Shown: positions 8,274 to 17,790, numbered from the stretch's first letter. The stretch: DNA of 32,000 bases from Trichlorobacter lovleyi SZ (GCF_000020385.1 NC_010814.1:2430001-2462000); one strand, 5' to 3'. Numbers and translations: made by a program. Notes: a model not told the origin generated them from the sequence alone.

Positions 8274-9257
8274 TTAACGGTTGCGCGTTACCACATATTC
8301 AGCCAGATCCAACAGTGCTGCCTTGCAGCTATTGGCAGGAAAACAGGAGAGATGCCGTGCACAGTTTGCAACACAATCACGGGCTTTTTCAACCGTGTAC
8401 TCAATACCACCGTAGCTCTGCACCAGATCTGAAACCAGTCGGAAGTCTTCGGGCGTCAGCTCGTCTTTTTCAATAATTGCGGTTACCGCCCCACGTTCTT
8501 CATCACTGCAGCCACGCAGGGCATGGATCAGAGGCAACGTCAGCTTGCCTTCTTCAAGGTCATGGCCGATGCTCTTGCCAAACTCCTCTTCAGAGGCCGT
8601 GTAGTCAAGGATGTCATCCATCAGCTGGAAGGCGATCCCCAGCTCCATACCAAAGTCTGCCAGTGCCTGTTCCTGTTCAGGAGAAACACCGCCCAGGATG
8701 GCACCACACTGGCAGGCAGCAGACAGCAGTACCGCTGTCTTGGCACGCACCACCTCAATATACTGCTGCTCGGTGAGTTCCACCTCGCCGGTATACAGCA
8801 GCTGCAGCACCTCCCCTTCAGCAATCACGGTGGTGGCCTTGGACATGACCCGCAACACATCAAGACTGCCGGCAGCAACCATCAGGGAAAATGATTTGGA
8901 GAAAAGGAAGTCACCGATCAGAACGGAGGCCTCGTTACCCCAGAGGGTGTTGGCAGAGGCAAGTCCACGGCGCAGGGTGGCACTGTCAACCACATCGTCA
9001 TGCAGCAGGGTGGCGGTATGGATAAATTCAACCACGCTTGCCAGAGGGATGGCCTGATTACCTTGATACTCACACAAACGGGCAGCCAAAAGCAGCATGG
9101 CGGGACGGATACGCTTTCCGCCGCTGGCAAGTACATATTCGCCAACCTTGCGGATAAGCGGAACATCAGACTCAAGATCTTTTCTGAACTGTTCCTCGAC
9201 CTGTTTGAGATCTTCACCAATCAGTTCTAATGCAGCCTGCATGCCTGTCCAATCCAT
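8274..9257 (-). CDS. Long-chain all-trans polyprenyl-diphosphate synthase (IspB/HepT-like, quinone side chain)
   Basis: 327 aa with the first and second Asp-rich motifs LLHDDVVD and QLMDDILD. Confidence 0.9.
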   Translation of the reverse strand: MDWTGMQAALELIGEDLKQVEEQFRKDLESDVPLIRKVGEYVLASGGKRIRPAMLLLAARLCEYQGNQAIPLASVVEFIHTATLLHDDVVDSATLRRGLASANTLWGNEASVLIGDFLFSKSFSLMVAAGSLDVLRVMSKATTVIAEGEVLQLLYTGEVELTEQQYIEVVRAKTAVLLSAACQCGAILGGVSPEQEQALADFGMELGIAFQLMDDILDYTASEEEFGKSIGHDLEEGKLTLPLIHALRGCSDEERGAVTAIIEKDELTPEDFRLVSDLVQSYGGIEYTVEKARDCVANCARHLSCFPANSCKAALLDLAEYVVTRNR

Positions 9258-9414
9258 GAGTAAAGTTTACACATACTACTGAAGCGCTGCTTATTTTGTC
9301 AAAGTATTTCTGGATTTAACTGCAGAGCCGGATGCGTATAAAGTTGCTTGTATCAACGATCCGGTGTATAGCAGTCAAAGTTCGCTATCCCATCTATCAA
9401 CCGGAAACAATTAT

Positions 9415-10773
9415 ATGAAATTCAGTGATCTTTCGCTCCCCGCGCAGGTGCTGCAGGGAATTCATCAAGCCGGGTTCAATGCCTGCACACCGATTCAGGC
9501 CCAAACGCTCCCCCTGTCACTGAGCGGCAAGGACGTTGCCGGACAGGCGCAGACCGGCACCGGCAAGACCGCTGCCTTCCTGATCACCCTCTTCACCAAA
9601 CTGCTTGCTTCACCGTCGGCAGCTGCAGACGGCAGTCTGCCGCGTCCACGGGCCCTGATCCTGGCACCGACCCGTGAGCTGGTTGTCCAGATTGAAAAAG
9701 ATGCCCAGCTGCTTGGCAGCCACTGCGGCTTTAACATCCAGGCCATTTATGGCGGCATTGATTATATGAAACAGAAAAACGCCCTGAAAGACGGTGCCGA
9801 CATTGTTATCGGCACGCCGGGGCGCCTGATCGACTACCTGAAACAAAAAGTCTACTCACTGAAACATATTGAGATGCTGGTGATTGACGAGGCCGACCGG
9901 ATGTTCGACATGGGCTTTATCCCGGACCTGCGCTATATCCTGCGACGGCTGCCCCCCTTTGACCAACGCCAGAACCTGATGTTTTCAGCCACTCTGAACC
10001 AGCGGGTGATGGAACTGTCCTATGAATTTATGAATGTGCCGCAAAAAGTCTCGGTCACCCCGGAAAAGATGACGGCCGAACGGGTTGAGCAGGTGCTCTA
10101 TCACGTTTCCAACAAGGAAAAATTTCCCTTGCTGCTTGGCCTGTTGCGGCGTGAGGGGATGGCCCGGACCATGCTCTTTGTCAATACCAAACGTGAGGCA
10201 GAACGATTGCAGGACCGGCTGAATGCAAACGAGTTTCCCTGCCGGGTCATTTCAGGGGATGTTGATCAACGCAAGCGGATGAATATTCTTGAGCAGTTCA
10301 AGCGTGGGGAGCTGGCAATTCTGATTGCTACGGATGTTGCTTCACGGGGGCTGCATATTGACGGTGTTTCCCATGTCATCAACTACGACCTGCCACAGGA
10401 TGCCGAGGACTACGTCCACCGGATCGGCCGGACTGCACGGGCTGGGGCTGAAGGCAAGGCGATCTCGCTGGCTGATGAAGACGGGGCCTTTTATATCGAG
10501 GCGATTGAGGAGTATATCAGACACAAGGTAGCTGTAGAATGGGCTGAAGACGACCTTTTCATCCACGACTACAAGCGGCCGAAACATCGCCCGGCGCCGG
10601 TTGCCTCAACCAAACAACCCCGCGGGCAACGTCCTAAAGCCAAAGATCAAAAAGGTGCGCCACGAAAAGCAGCGGCAGCCCCACCTGAAGGAGAAAAAAA
10701 GAAACGCCGCCCACGCCGGAAAAAACCGGGGGGCAGCGTCGCTACAAGAGAAGAAAACGTTAAGACCGACTAG
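9415..10773 (+). CDS. DEAD-box ATP-dependent RNA helicase with Lys/Arg-rich C-terminal tail
   Basis: Q-motif region TPIQ, Walker A AQTGTGKT, DEAD (VIDEADRM), SAT and HRIGRTARAG are all present. I chose the start at ATG 9415 (MKFSDLSL) rather than GTG 9364. Confidence 0.9.
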   Translation: MKFSDLSLPAQVLQGIHQAGFNACTPIQAQTLPLSLSGKDVAGQAQTGTGKTAAFLITLFTKLLASPSAAADGSLPRPRALILAPTRELVVQIEKDAQLLGSHCGFNIQAIYGGIDYMKQKNALKDGADIVIGTPGRLIDYLKQKVYSLKHIEMLVIDEADRMFDMGFIPDLRYILRRLPPFDQRQNLMFSATLNQRVMELSYEFMNVPQKVSVTPEKMTAERVEQVLYHVSNKEKFPLLLGLLRREGMARTMLFVNTKREAERLQDRLNANEFPCRVISGDVDQRKRMNILEQFKRGELAILIATDVASRGLHIDGVSHVINYDLPQDAEDYVHRIGRTARAGAEGKAISLADEDGAFYIEAIEEYIRHKVAVEWAEDDLFIHDYKRPKHRPAPVASTKQPRGQRPKAKDQKGAPRKAAAAPPEGEKKKRRPRRKKPGGSVATREENVKTD

Positions 10774-11654
10774 CTCTTCCGGTATACCCGCTTAAGACTG
10801 TCTGTCTTGAGGTACAGCAACAGAAAATACAGCGGTGCCATCCAAAGCGCCGAAACCAGCATGGCGCTGACGCCTTCCACGAGATAGGCCCACCAGGGCG
10901 GGGCAATTGACTTCACAACCCAGACGACGTACTGCCCCGTTTCATACATCGGCACCAGCACCAGAGAGGCCATGACAACCTGCTGAACCCCCTGCATGCC
11001 CCATGCCGCACGCTGCAAAAAACCAAATGCAGCAGACAGGGCAGCCAGACCATAAAGTAATTTTATCCAGGGTAGAAAACCATAGCCCCAGAAGACCTGC
11101 CAGGCTGAAACCGGTTCAATCGACTGTTCCGACAACTGCGCCTGAAGGTCAGTGCCAAGATAATCGATCACCCCCCAGCCTCCCAGCAACAGAAAAACGG
11201 CTGCCCAGACAGCCACCCCCCAGCCCACGGCAGCGACCGGATCAAAGCCATTGGCAAAGCCGGCCAGGCTGATAGCCGGTTTTTCCCCCGCCGCAGGCGC
11301 AGCCGGGGTTATGATGCCGGATGGCTGCGGTAGTGCCACAACAGTATCGGGGCGAATGTTCCGGTTGCGCATCTCCAGCTCCTGCTTTTGCACATCTTCC
11401 TTCCGTTTTCGTTCTATCACAGTCTTAACATCCAGCCCACAGTGGGGGCACTCGTCAAATACCTCTTCGCAGAACGTGCTGTAGCCGCATGAAGGGCAGG
11501 TATTGGTGGCGAAGGCAGAGGTCGCCTTTTTACGCGGCTTTTCAACCCTGAAACTCTCTTTGCAACGCGGACAGGCGAGCATCATCCCATCGTCAGGGAT
11601 TTCAAGGTCGTTAATGGTTCCGCTTGCCTTGCAGTTGGGACACTCTATACGCAC
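10770..11654 (-). CDS. Double zinc-ribbon (MJ0042-type) N-terminal domain fused to a polytopic membrane domain; function unknown
   Basis: Two CxxC...CxxC ribbons (CPNC..CPRC and CPSC..CPHC) precede at least 4 hydrophobic segments. I place the start at GTG 11654, 5 nt after the thrC stop. The ATG at 11723 would overlap thrC by 64 nt. Confidence 0.6.
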   Translation of the reverse strand: MRIECPNCKASGTINDLEIPDDGMMLACPRCKESFRVEKPRKKATSAFATNTCPSCGYSTFCEEVFDECPHCGLDVKTVIERKRKEDVQKQELEMRNRNIRPDTVVALPQPSGIITPAAPAAGEKPAISLAGFANGFDPVAAVGWGVAVWAAVFLLLGGWGVIDYLGTDLQAQLSEQSIEPVSAWQVFWGYGFLPWIKLLYGLAALSAAFGFLQRAAWGMQGVQQVVMASLVLVPMYETGQYVVWVVKSIAPPWWAYLVEGVSAMLVSALWMAPLYFLLLYLKTDSLKRVYRKS

Positions 11655-11659
11655 AGCCG

Positions 11660-13042
11660 CTACCCCACTGTTAAAATAATAAATGCACGCACCTGCCCGG
11701 CATCTGCCTGCATCCGCACACAACGGGTCGGCAGCCCTTCCAGTTGGGCAATGGCCGGGGGAACCGGTACCGCGTCACCGGTGGCCTCAACCACCGCTTC
11801 ACCGAACTTTGCCGGATGGGCCGTGGCCAGACAGACCACCGGCGTATCATCCGTAACCAGCTCCTGTGCCGCCCGCACCCCTACCGCGGTGTGAGGATCC
11901 AACAGATAGCCGGTATCATGCTTAAACTGCCTGATCGTCTCCAGGGTCGCCTGGCGATCAACCGAGGCAGACCGGAAATCCTGACGGACCTGTTGCAGTT
12001 CCTGCTGGCTGAAGCTGATTTTCCCCTCGGCCTTGAGCTGGGCAAAGGCGGCAGAAACCCGGGCAGCATCCTGTTTAAAGAGATAAAAGAGGTAGCGCTC
12101 AAAGTTGGAGGCGACCTGAATATCCATGGATGGCGACAAGGTTTGCACCACCGTACCGACCGAATAATCCCCCTGATTGATGAAACGGGTCAGGATATTG
12201 TTCTCATTGGTTGCCAGCAGCAGTTTCTCAACCGGCAGCCCCATCTGCTGAGCCATATAGCCGGCAAAGATATCCCCGAAATTTCCGGTGGGAACCGAAA
12301 ACACCACCTTCCGACCCTGCTCAGCCACCCGTAACCAGGCATAGATATAGTACACCACCTGGGCCAGTACCCGGGCCCAGTTGATTGAATTTACCGCTCC
12401 AAGCGAGTATTTCTGCTTAAACTCAAGGTCTCCCATCAGCCCCTTGACAATATCCTGACAGTCATCAAAGGTTCCATCCACGGCGATATTGTGGACGTTT
12501 TCATCCAGTACCGACGTCATCTGCAGCGCCTGTACCGGCGAGGTCTTACCATGGGGATGCAGGATAAAGATGCTGATGCCGGCCTTGCCCCGCACGCCAT
12601 GAATGGCCGCACTGCCGGTATCACCTGAGGTGGCCCCCACAATGGTCAGGCGCTCATGCCGTTCATGCAGGATATACTCAAACAGGTTGCCCAGGAACTG
12701 CAGTGCAACATCTTTAAAGGCCAGGGTGACGCCATGGAACAGCTCCAGGATATAGACGCCGTCCTTCTGTACGACCGGGGTCACCTCCGGATGGCTGAAG
12801 GTGGCATAGGAACGATCTATCAGGGCCTGAAGGTCCGTTGCAGGTATATCGTCAACAAAACGTGAAATAATCTTGAATGCAAGCTGCGGATAGGTCAGTG
12901 TGCGCCATGACTCCAGTTCTGCAGCAGAAAAAGCAGGAATCGACTCCGGCAACAGAAGGCCGCCATCGTCGGCCAACCCCATCATAACCGCATCTTTAAA
13001 ACGTACCGGCGCAATGCCGCCACGGGTACTCAGGTAACGCAT
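11660..13042 (-). CDS. thrC: Threonine synthase
   Basis: 460 aa. N-terminus MRYLSTRG, a PLP-lysine context (TLAFKD) and the GDTGSA motif fit ThrC. Confidence 0.95.
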   Translation of the reverse strand: MRYLSTRGGIAPVRFKDAVMMGLADDGGLLLPESIPAFSAAELESWRTLTYPQLAFKIISRFVDDIPATDLQALIDRSYATFSHPEVTPVVQKDGVYILELFHGVTLAFKDVALQFLGNLFEYILHERHERLTIVGATSGDTGSAAIHGVRGKAGISIFILHPHGKTSPVQALQMTSVLDENVHNIAVDGTFDDCQDIVKGLMGDLEFKQKYSLGAVNSINWARVLAQVVYYIYAWLRVAEQGRKVVFSVPTGNFGDIFAGYMAQQMGLPVEKLLLATNENNILTRFINQGDYSVGTVVQTLSPSMDIQVASNFERYLFYLFKQDAARVSAAFAQLKAEGKISFSQQELQQVRQDFRSASVDRQATLETIRQFKHDTGYLLDPHTAVGVRAAQELVTDDTPVVCLATAHPAKFGEAVVEATGDAVPVPPAIAQLEGLPTRCVRMQADAGQVRAFIILTVG

Positions 13043-13102
13043 GGGAATTCCTTTCGGATGGAGAGTTGAACAGTTTTATGTAGCAGGTTTGGACAAAAAA
13101 AG

Positions 13103-13699
13103 CTAGAGGCTGACGGGCCGCAATTCGCCTGGCGAGAACAGGAAAAAGACACGAAAAATACAATATTTATAAAACTCGGAAAACAGCAGCCGGAAGGTGC
13201 CCAGATGGTGCCACCACTCCTCCTTGACATTGCTGCTGTCAACCGGATAGGGATAGAGCGCCACATCAGGAGCCAGGGCATTACGAAAGAGTATGGCCGA
13301 GCGCTTCAGGTGATAACGTGAGGTAATCAGCAGCACCGATCGCACCTTGTGTTCAGCCAGGATATCTCGACCATAAATGGCATTTTCCAGTGTGTTCCGT
13401 GACAGTTTTTCCAGAACCACATTATCAGCAGGCGGGTCACCGGGTTTGGGACGATACAGATCTGATTTTCTCACGGTTGGATCCACCCCCACCAGAAAGA
13501 GCCAGGTGCCGCGACGCTCCCTGAAAAGACGGACCCCCTCCTCAACCCTGCCTTTACCGCCGGCCAGCACAACAATCGCATCGGCCTGAACCTGGCGTGG
13601 ACGAGCGGAAAATGTCTTATAGGTAAAATCGACAAAAAGCGCTGTCACAATCAACAGTGCCAGCATAAGTAATGACAGGAAGGCTTTAAAGATTTTCAT
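13103..13699 (-). CDS. DUF218/YdcF-ElyC family membrane-anchored protein
   Basis: 198 aa with an N-terminal TM segment. The motifs AIVVLAGG..GR and SRNTLENA..LLITSRYHLKRS are typical of DUF218. Confidence 0.75.
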   Translation of the reverse strand: MKIFKAFLSLLMLALLIVTALFVDFTYKTFSARPRQVQADAIVVLAGGKGRVEEGVRLFRERRGTWLFLVGVDPTVRKSDLYRPKPGDPPADNVVLEKLSRNTLENAIYGRDILAEHKVRSVLLITSRYHLKRSAILFRNALAPDVALYPYPVDSSNVKEEWWHHLGTFRLLFSEFYKYCIFRVFFLFSPGELRPVSL

Positions 13700-13774
13700 A
13701 TCCGTATTTTTCCTTGCACCTGAGAAGCGATTCTGATAAAAGAATTTGTTCAGTTAGCACGGGAGGTAAGATCC

Positions 13775-13969
13775 ATGTCCAGAAAATGCGAAATTTGCGG
13801 TAAAGGCCCCAGCACCGGCAACAATGTGAGCCATGCCAACAACAAGACCCGTACCACCTGGTACCCGAACCTGCAGAAGGTAAAGGCCAAGGCAGCCAAC
13901 GGCAGTGTGTCAACCATCAAGGTCTGCACACGCTGTATCCGTTCCGGCTCAGTTACCAAGGCTCTGTAG
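13775..13969 (+). CDS. rpmB: 50S ribosomal protein L28
   Basis: 64 aa, [44 protein letters not shown] lies upstream. Confidence 0.97.
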   Translation: MSRKCEICGKGPSTGNNVSHANNKTRTTWYPNLQKVKAKAANGSVSTIKVCTRCIRSGSVTKAL

Positions 13970-13991
13970 CCTTTCCGGTAACACCTACATT

Positions 13992-14036
13992 AAACAGCCG
14001 TGTGCACCTGCTTGCACACGGCTTGTTTAGTTTTTT
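13992..14036. terminator. Bidirectional stem-loop terminator between convergent rpmB and ridA
   Basis: An 11-bp perfect stem, AGCCGTGTGCA (13996-14006) / TGCACACGGCT (14013-14023), is followed by TGTTTAGTTTTTT on the + strand and preceded by AAA. The ridA stop codon lies in the 3' flank. Confidence 0.7.
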
Positions 14037-14407
14037 ACAATCGCAACCGCCTCTACTTCAACCCGCGCGCCCCGCGGGAGGGCCGCAACGGCAACCGTGG
14101 CACGGGCCGGCTTGACACCCGGAAAGTACTGGCCGTAAACTTGGTTAACAAGTGGAAAATCAGCCATATCCGTTAAATAGATTGTTGTTTTCACCACCTG
14201 GTTAAAATTGCTGCCGGCAGCCTCAAGCACCCCCCGCAGATTCTCCATCACCCGCCCGGTCTCCTGCTCAACCGTCCCAGTGACCATCTCACCCGATACC
14301 GGATCAAGCGGAATCTGGCCGGAACAGAACAGCAGCCCGCCTGCCACAACAGCCTGAGAATACGGCCCGATCGCTGCCGGAGCTTTGTCAGTTGCTATAC
14401 TTTTCAT
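14027..14407 (-). CDS. ridA: RidA/YjgF family reactive enamine/imine deaminase
   Basis: Start at ATG 14407 (MKSIATDKAPAAIGPYSQA, the canonical RidA N-terminus) with a GGGGAAAG RBS. The ORF-track N-terminal extension runs through a repeat element and is rejected. Confidence 0.9.
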   Translation of the reverse strand: MKSIATDKAPAAIGPYSQAVVAGGLLFCSGQIPLDPVSGEMVTGTVEQETGRVMENLRGVLEAAGSNFNQVVKTTIYLTDMADFPLVNQVYGQYFPGVKPARATVAVAALPRGARVEVEAVAIVKN

Positions 14408-14430
14408 ATCTTTCCCCAATCCAAGGAGTG

Positions 14431-14520
14431 AAAACTTTTTCGTACAGATTGAGGCAAGCAAGGAATGACGCGGAGGCGTACTGATGCAGTACGTCGCACA
14501 AGGCATTCCGCAGCTTGACG
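14431..14520 (-). repeat. Imperfect palindromic intergenic element (sense core GACGTACTGCATCAGTACGCCTCCGCG)
   Basis: The + strand hairpin GGAATGACGCGGAGGCGTACTG-ATG-CAGTACGTCGCACAAGGCATTCC spans 14462-14509. It is homologous along its length to the element at 17709-17790, and the core is shared with 1805-1827. Confidence 0.7.
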
Positions 14521-14545
14521 CGATATGAACGGAAAAGGATCACTC

Positions 14546-16696
14546 CTAACTTTTTACCCGCTCCACCTTCATAACCCCCTTCACCTTCATCAGCGAATTC
14601 ACAACCTTATTCAGGTGGGTCAGGTCGGTCACGTTTAACTCAAAGATATTCTCACCACGCTTGTCAACGGTACTCTTGATCTGGGCACTGACAATATTGG
14701 CTTCGGCATTGGTGATTGCCAGCGTCATGTTAGCCAGAATCCCTTTTTCATCCATACAGAAGACCCGCAACCTGACCGGCAGCGCGGCACTCTTGCCCTT
14801 GGCCCAGGTCACATCAATCCGCCGTTCCGGATCACTCTCGGCAACAAAGGGGCAGTCGGCGGTATGGATGGTAACCCCCTGGCCGCGGGTGATGAACCCG
14901 ACGATCTCATCACCGGGCAACGGGTTACAGCATTTGGCATAGCGGATCATGATATCCTCCATGCCGCCGACCTCAACAGCGCTGGAGGAACGGCCCTTCA
15001 ACTTATTGATGACACTGGTTATGCGCGATTCTTTCTGGTCCTGACGGGCCTGCAGCCGCTCTTCAGGGATCAGCTTGCTGATCACCTGTCCAGCTGAAAC
15101 CTTGCCGTATCCCATGGCTGCCAGCAGATCATCTTCACTGTTATACCCATACTCATTGGCAATTTTTCTGAGTTCGCCACCCTTGATTACCTTTTGAAGA
15201 TTCAGGGAATATTTGCGAAACTCTTTTTCACAGAGCTCACGCCCCAGCACGATACTACGCTTGCGCTCCTCAATCTTGATCCAGGCCCGGATCTTGTTAC
15301 GGGCCCGGGAGGAACGGACGATCTTGAGCCAGTCCTTGCTGGGTGTGTGGTGGGGAGAGGTGATTACCTCGACAATATCGCCGTTCTGCAGCTCATGCTT
15401 GAGCGGCACCAGCTTGCCGTTGACCTTTGCCCCCACGCAACGATGCCCCACATCGGTATGCACGGCATAGGCAAAGTCAATCGGGGTGGACCCCTTGGGG
15501 AAGCCCTTCACATCCCCCTTGGGAGTGAAGACATAGACCTCTTCAGGAAACAGTTCAACCTTGACCGAATCCATAAACTCCCGGGAGTCCTGCAACTCCT
15601 GCTGCCATTCCAACAACTGGCGCAGCCAGGCAAAGCGTTTGACCTCTTTTTCGTCATACCCCTTGCCTTCCTTGTACTTCCAGTGGGCCGCAATCCCAGC
15701 CTCAGCCACCCGGTGCATCTCATGGGTGCGGATCTGCACCTCCATCCGGTCACCATGAGGGCCGATCACGGTGGTATGCAGCGACTGGTACATATTCCCC
15801 TTGGGCATGGCAATATAGTCTTTAAACCGTCCGGGAATCGGCCGCCAGGAGGAATGAATCAGCCCCAGCACCTCATAGCAGCTCTTGATATCATCCACCA
15901 GAATCCGCAGGGCAGTCAGGTCATAAATCTCCTCAAAATCAACCTTGCGTTTTTCCATCTTGCGGTAGATTGAATAGAGGTGCTTGCTGCGACCCGAGAC
16001 CTCACCCACAATCTGGTGTTCGACAAGTTTCTGCCGGATGGCCTCCTGAATCTCATGGATGAATGATTCCCGCTCCTGCTTCTTGCGCTGGATCTTGGTT
16101 GCCAGGTCAAAATAGACATCCGGTTGCAGATAGCGGAACGACAGATCCTCAAGTTCGGTCTTGATCCAGGAAATCCCCAATCGGTGAGCGATCGGCGCAT
16201 AGATATCCATGGTCTCGCGGGAGATGGAGCGCTGTTTGGTATCAGGCTGAAACTGCAGGGTCCGCATGTTATGCAGCCGGTCGGCCAGCTTTACCAGGAT
16301 CACCCTGATGTCATTGGCCATGGCGATCAGCATCTTGCGGAAGTTCTCTGCCTGATTCTCTTCCTTGGTCTTGAAATGGATCTTGCTGATCTTGGTCACC
16401 CCGTCAACCAGTTCAGCGACTTCCTTGCCGAACATCTCGGCCAGTTCTTCCGAGGTGGTCAGGGTATCCTCAATGGTATCATGGAGAAAACCGGTCACAA
16501 TGCTGGGAACATCCAGCTTCAAACCGGCAAGGAGTCCGGCAACTTCAAGGGGATGGATAATATACGGCTCACCGGAAAGGCGGGTCTGGCCCTGATGCAC
16601 CTTGGCACAGTACACGTAGGCCTTCCTGATCAGATTCAGATCAGCAGACGGGTTATAGGTTACAACCGTATCAAGGATATCGTTCAGGCGTATCAT
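14546..16696 (-). CDS. rel: Bifunctional (p)ppGpp synthetase/hydrolase, RelA/SpoT homologue
   Basis: 716 aa. It has an HD hydrolase domain (HPLEVA...HDTIEDT), a synthetase domain (YQSLHTTV), and TGS and ACT-like C-terminal regions. Confidence 0.95.
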   Translation of the reverse strand: MIRLNDILDTVVTYNPSADLNLIRKAYVYCAKVHQGQTRLSGEPYIIHPLEVAGLLAGLKLDVPSIVTGFLHDTIEDTLTTSEELAEMFGKEVAELVDGVTKISKIHFKTKEENQAENFRKMLIAMANDIRVILVKLADRLHNMRTLQFQPDTKQRSISRETMDIYAPIAHRLGISWIKTELEDLSFRYLQPDVYFDLATKIQRKKQERESFIHEIQEAIRQKLVEHQIVGEVSGRSKHLYSIYRKMEKRKVDFEEIYDLTALRILVDDIKSCYEVLGLIHSSWRPIPGRFKDYIAMPKGNMYQSLHTTVIGPHGDRMEVQIRTHEMHRVAEAGIAAHWKYKEGKGYDEKEVKRFAWLRQLLEWQQELQDSREFMDSVKVELFPEEVYVFTPKGDVKGFPKGSTPIDFAYAVHTDVGHRCVGAKVNGKLVPLKHELQNGDIVEVITSPHHTPSKDWLKIVRSSRARNKIRAWIKIEERKRSIVLGRELCEKEFRKYSLNLQKVIKGGELRKIANEYGYNSEDDLLAAMGYGKVSAGQVISKLIPEERLQARQDQKESRITSVINKLKGRSSSAVEVGGMEDIMIRYAKCCNPLPGDEIVGFITRGQGVTIHTADCPFVAESDPERRIDVTWAKGKSAALPVRLRVFCMDEKGILANMTLAITNAEANIVSAQIKSTVDKRGENIFELNVTDLTHLNKVVNSLMKVKGVMKVERVKS

Positions 16697-16749
16697 GCAG
16701 GGGTATGTGCTATCGAATGACCAGCGTCACAGACACCGGGGGAAGGCGC

Positions 16750-16783
16750 AAAAATGGAGGCACTACCAAGCGGCAGGCCTCCA
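16750..16783 (-). terminator. Intrinsic terminator/attenuator between rpoZ and rel
   Basis: The minus-strand RNA reads TGGAGGCCTGCC-GCTT-GGTAGTGCCTCCA followed by TTTTT. That gives about 12 bp of stem with one bulge, a tetraloop and a U5 tract. It starts 13 nt after the rpoZ stop. Confidence 0.6.
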
Positions 16784-16795
16784 GAGTTGATCCAG

Positions 16796-17002
16796 TCATG
16801 CAGAACGCTTGCTGCTCAGTTCAGCCGACAGCTTACCGGCAGCGATTTCACGCAGCGAGGTAACCACATGGCGGTTGTTCTTGGGGTCAATCAGCGGCTT
16901 AGCTCCCTTGTAGAGCTGCTTGACCCGTTTGGAGGCCATCATGACCAGCATGAAGCGGTTATCTACTTTTTCAAGACAATCTTCAACAGTAACCCGTGCC
17001 AT
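16796..17002 (-). CDS. rpoZ: DNA-directed RNA polymerase subunit omega
   Basis: 68 aa, [30 protein letters not shown]. Confidence 0.95.
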   Translation of the reverse strand: MARVTVEDCLEKVDNRFMLVMMASKRVKQLYKGAKPLIDPKNNRHVVTSLREIAAGKLSAELSSKRSA

Positions 17003-17063
17003 CGTCTCTATCTCCTTTTGTCCACAAACAAAATAATGGAGCGGTGATTATACCTATAGCTGC

Positions 17064-17672
17064 TCAAAGATCAAACATTTTCGACACCTGCCCCAACATA
17101 CGTGCCGTGGTATGGCGTGCGGCAGTCACCAGTGACGCCAGCGCCTCGTGGGCCTCATCAAGCCGGTCGTTTACCACGATGTAGTCATACCAGCGTGCCT
17201 CACGGATCTCCTCGGTTGCCCGCTCGATCCGGCGCTCGATCACCTCCCGTGCATCAGACGAACGGGATTCAAGCCGGCGCCGCAGCTCTGCCATGCTGGG
17301 GGGCAAGACAAAGACAAACAGGCCGTTAATACCCCGGTCCTTGAGGATACGCGCACCCTGGCAGTCAATATCAAGCAGGATATCAATGCCGTCAATCCTG
17401 GCCTGTTCCAGTGTCGCAATGGCGGTGCCGTAAAAATTACCATGCACCTCGGCCCACTCGGCAAAACCGTTTTCAGCAATCATCTGCTTGAAACGCTCAA
17501 TCGAGACAAAATGGTAATCAACCCCATCCTGTTCCCCCGGCCTGGGCTGCCGGGTCGTATAACTGACCGACTCTTTCAGTGCAGGAAAGCGGCTGACCAG
17601 ACCGTTGCAGAGTGTTGTCTTGCCGGCCCCGGACGGTGCTGAAATAACGATTAGAAGCCCTTCTTGCTGCAT
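17064..17672 (-). CDS. gmk: Guanylate kinase
   Basis: Start at ATG 17672 (MQQEGLLIVISAPSGAGKTTL, P-loop) with a GGGGGAG RBS. The ORF-track extension to 17768 runs through the repeat element. Confidence 0.95.
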   Translation of the reverse strand: MQQEGLLIVISAPSGAGKTTLCNGLVSRFPALKESVSYTTRQPRPGEQDGVDYHFVSIERFKQMIAENGFAEWAEVHGNFYGTAIATLEQARIDGIDILLDIDCQGARILKDRGINGLFVFVLPPSMAELRRRLESRSSDAREVIERRIERATEEIREARWYDYIVVNDRLDEAHEALASLVTAARHTTARMLGQVSKMFDL

Positions 17673-17708
17673 ATCTCCCCCACAGCTAAGGAACGATGAT
17701 TTTTTTGT

Positions 17709-17790
17709 TCTGAGTGCGGCAGTTAAGAAATGGCGCGGAGGCGTACCACCAGTACGTTGACAAGCCATTTTGAAAACTGACGTGCTCAGA
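17709..17790 (-). repeat. Imperfect palindromic intergenic element (82-nt hairpin-capable; TCTGAG...CTCAGA ends)
   Basis: The + strand reads TCTGAGTGCGGC...AAATGGCGCGGAGGCGTACCACCAGTACGTTGACAAGCCATTT...CGTGCTCAGA, flanked by a T7 run and an A7 run. It is homologous to 14431-14520. Confidence 0.7.

Noticed and set aside
10770-10773. The convergent helicase and zinc-ribbon genes share their stop codons in the palindrome CTAG.
   Set aside because: This is real in the sequence, but it is a coincidence-level curiosity with no obvious functional consequence. No hairpin or terminator is associated with it.
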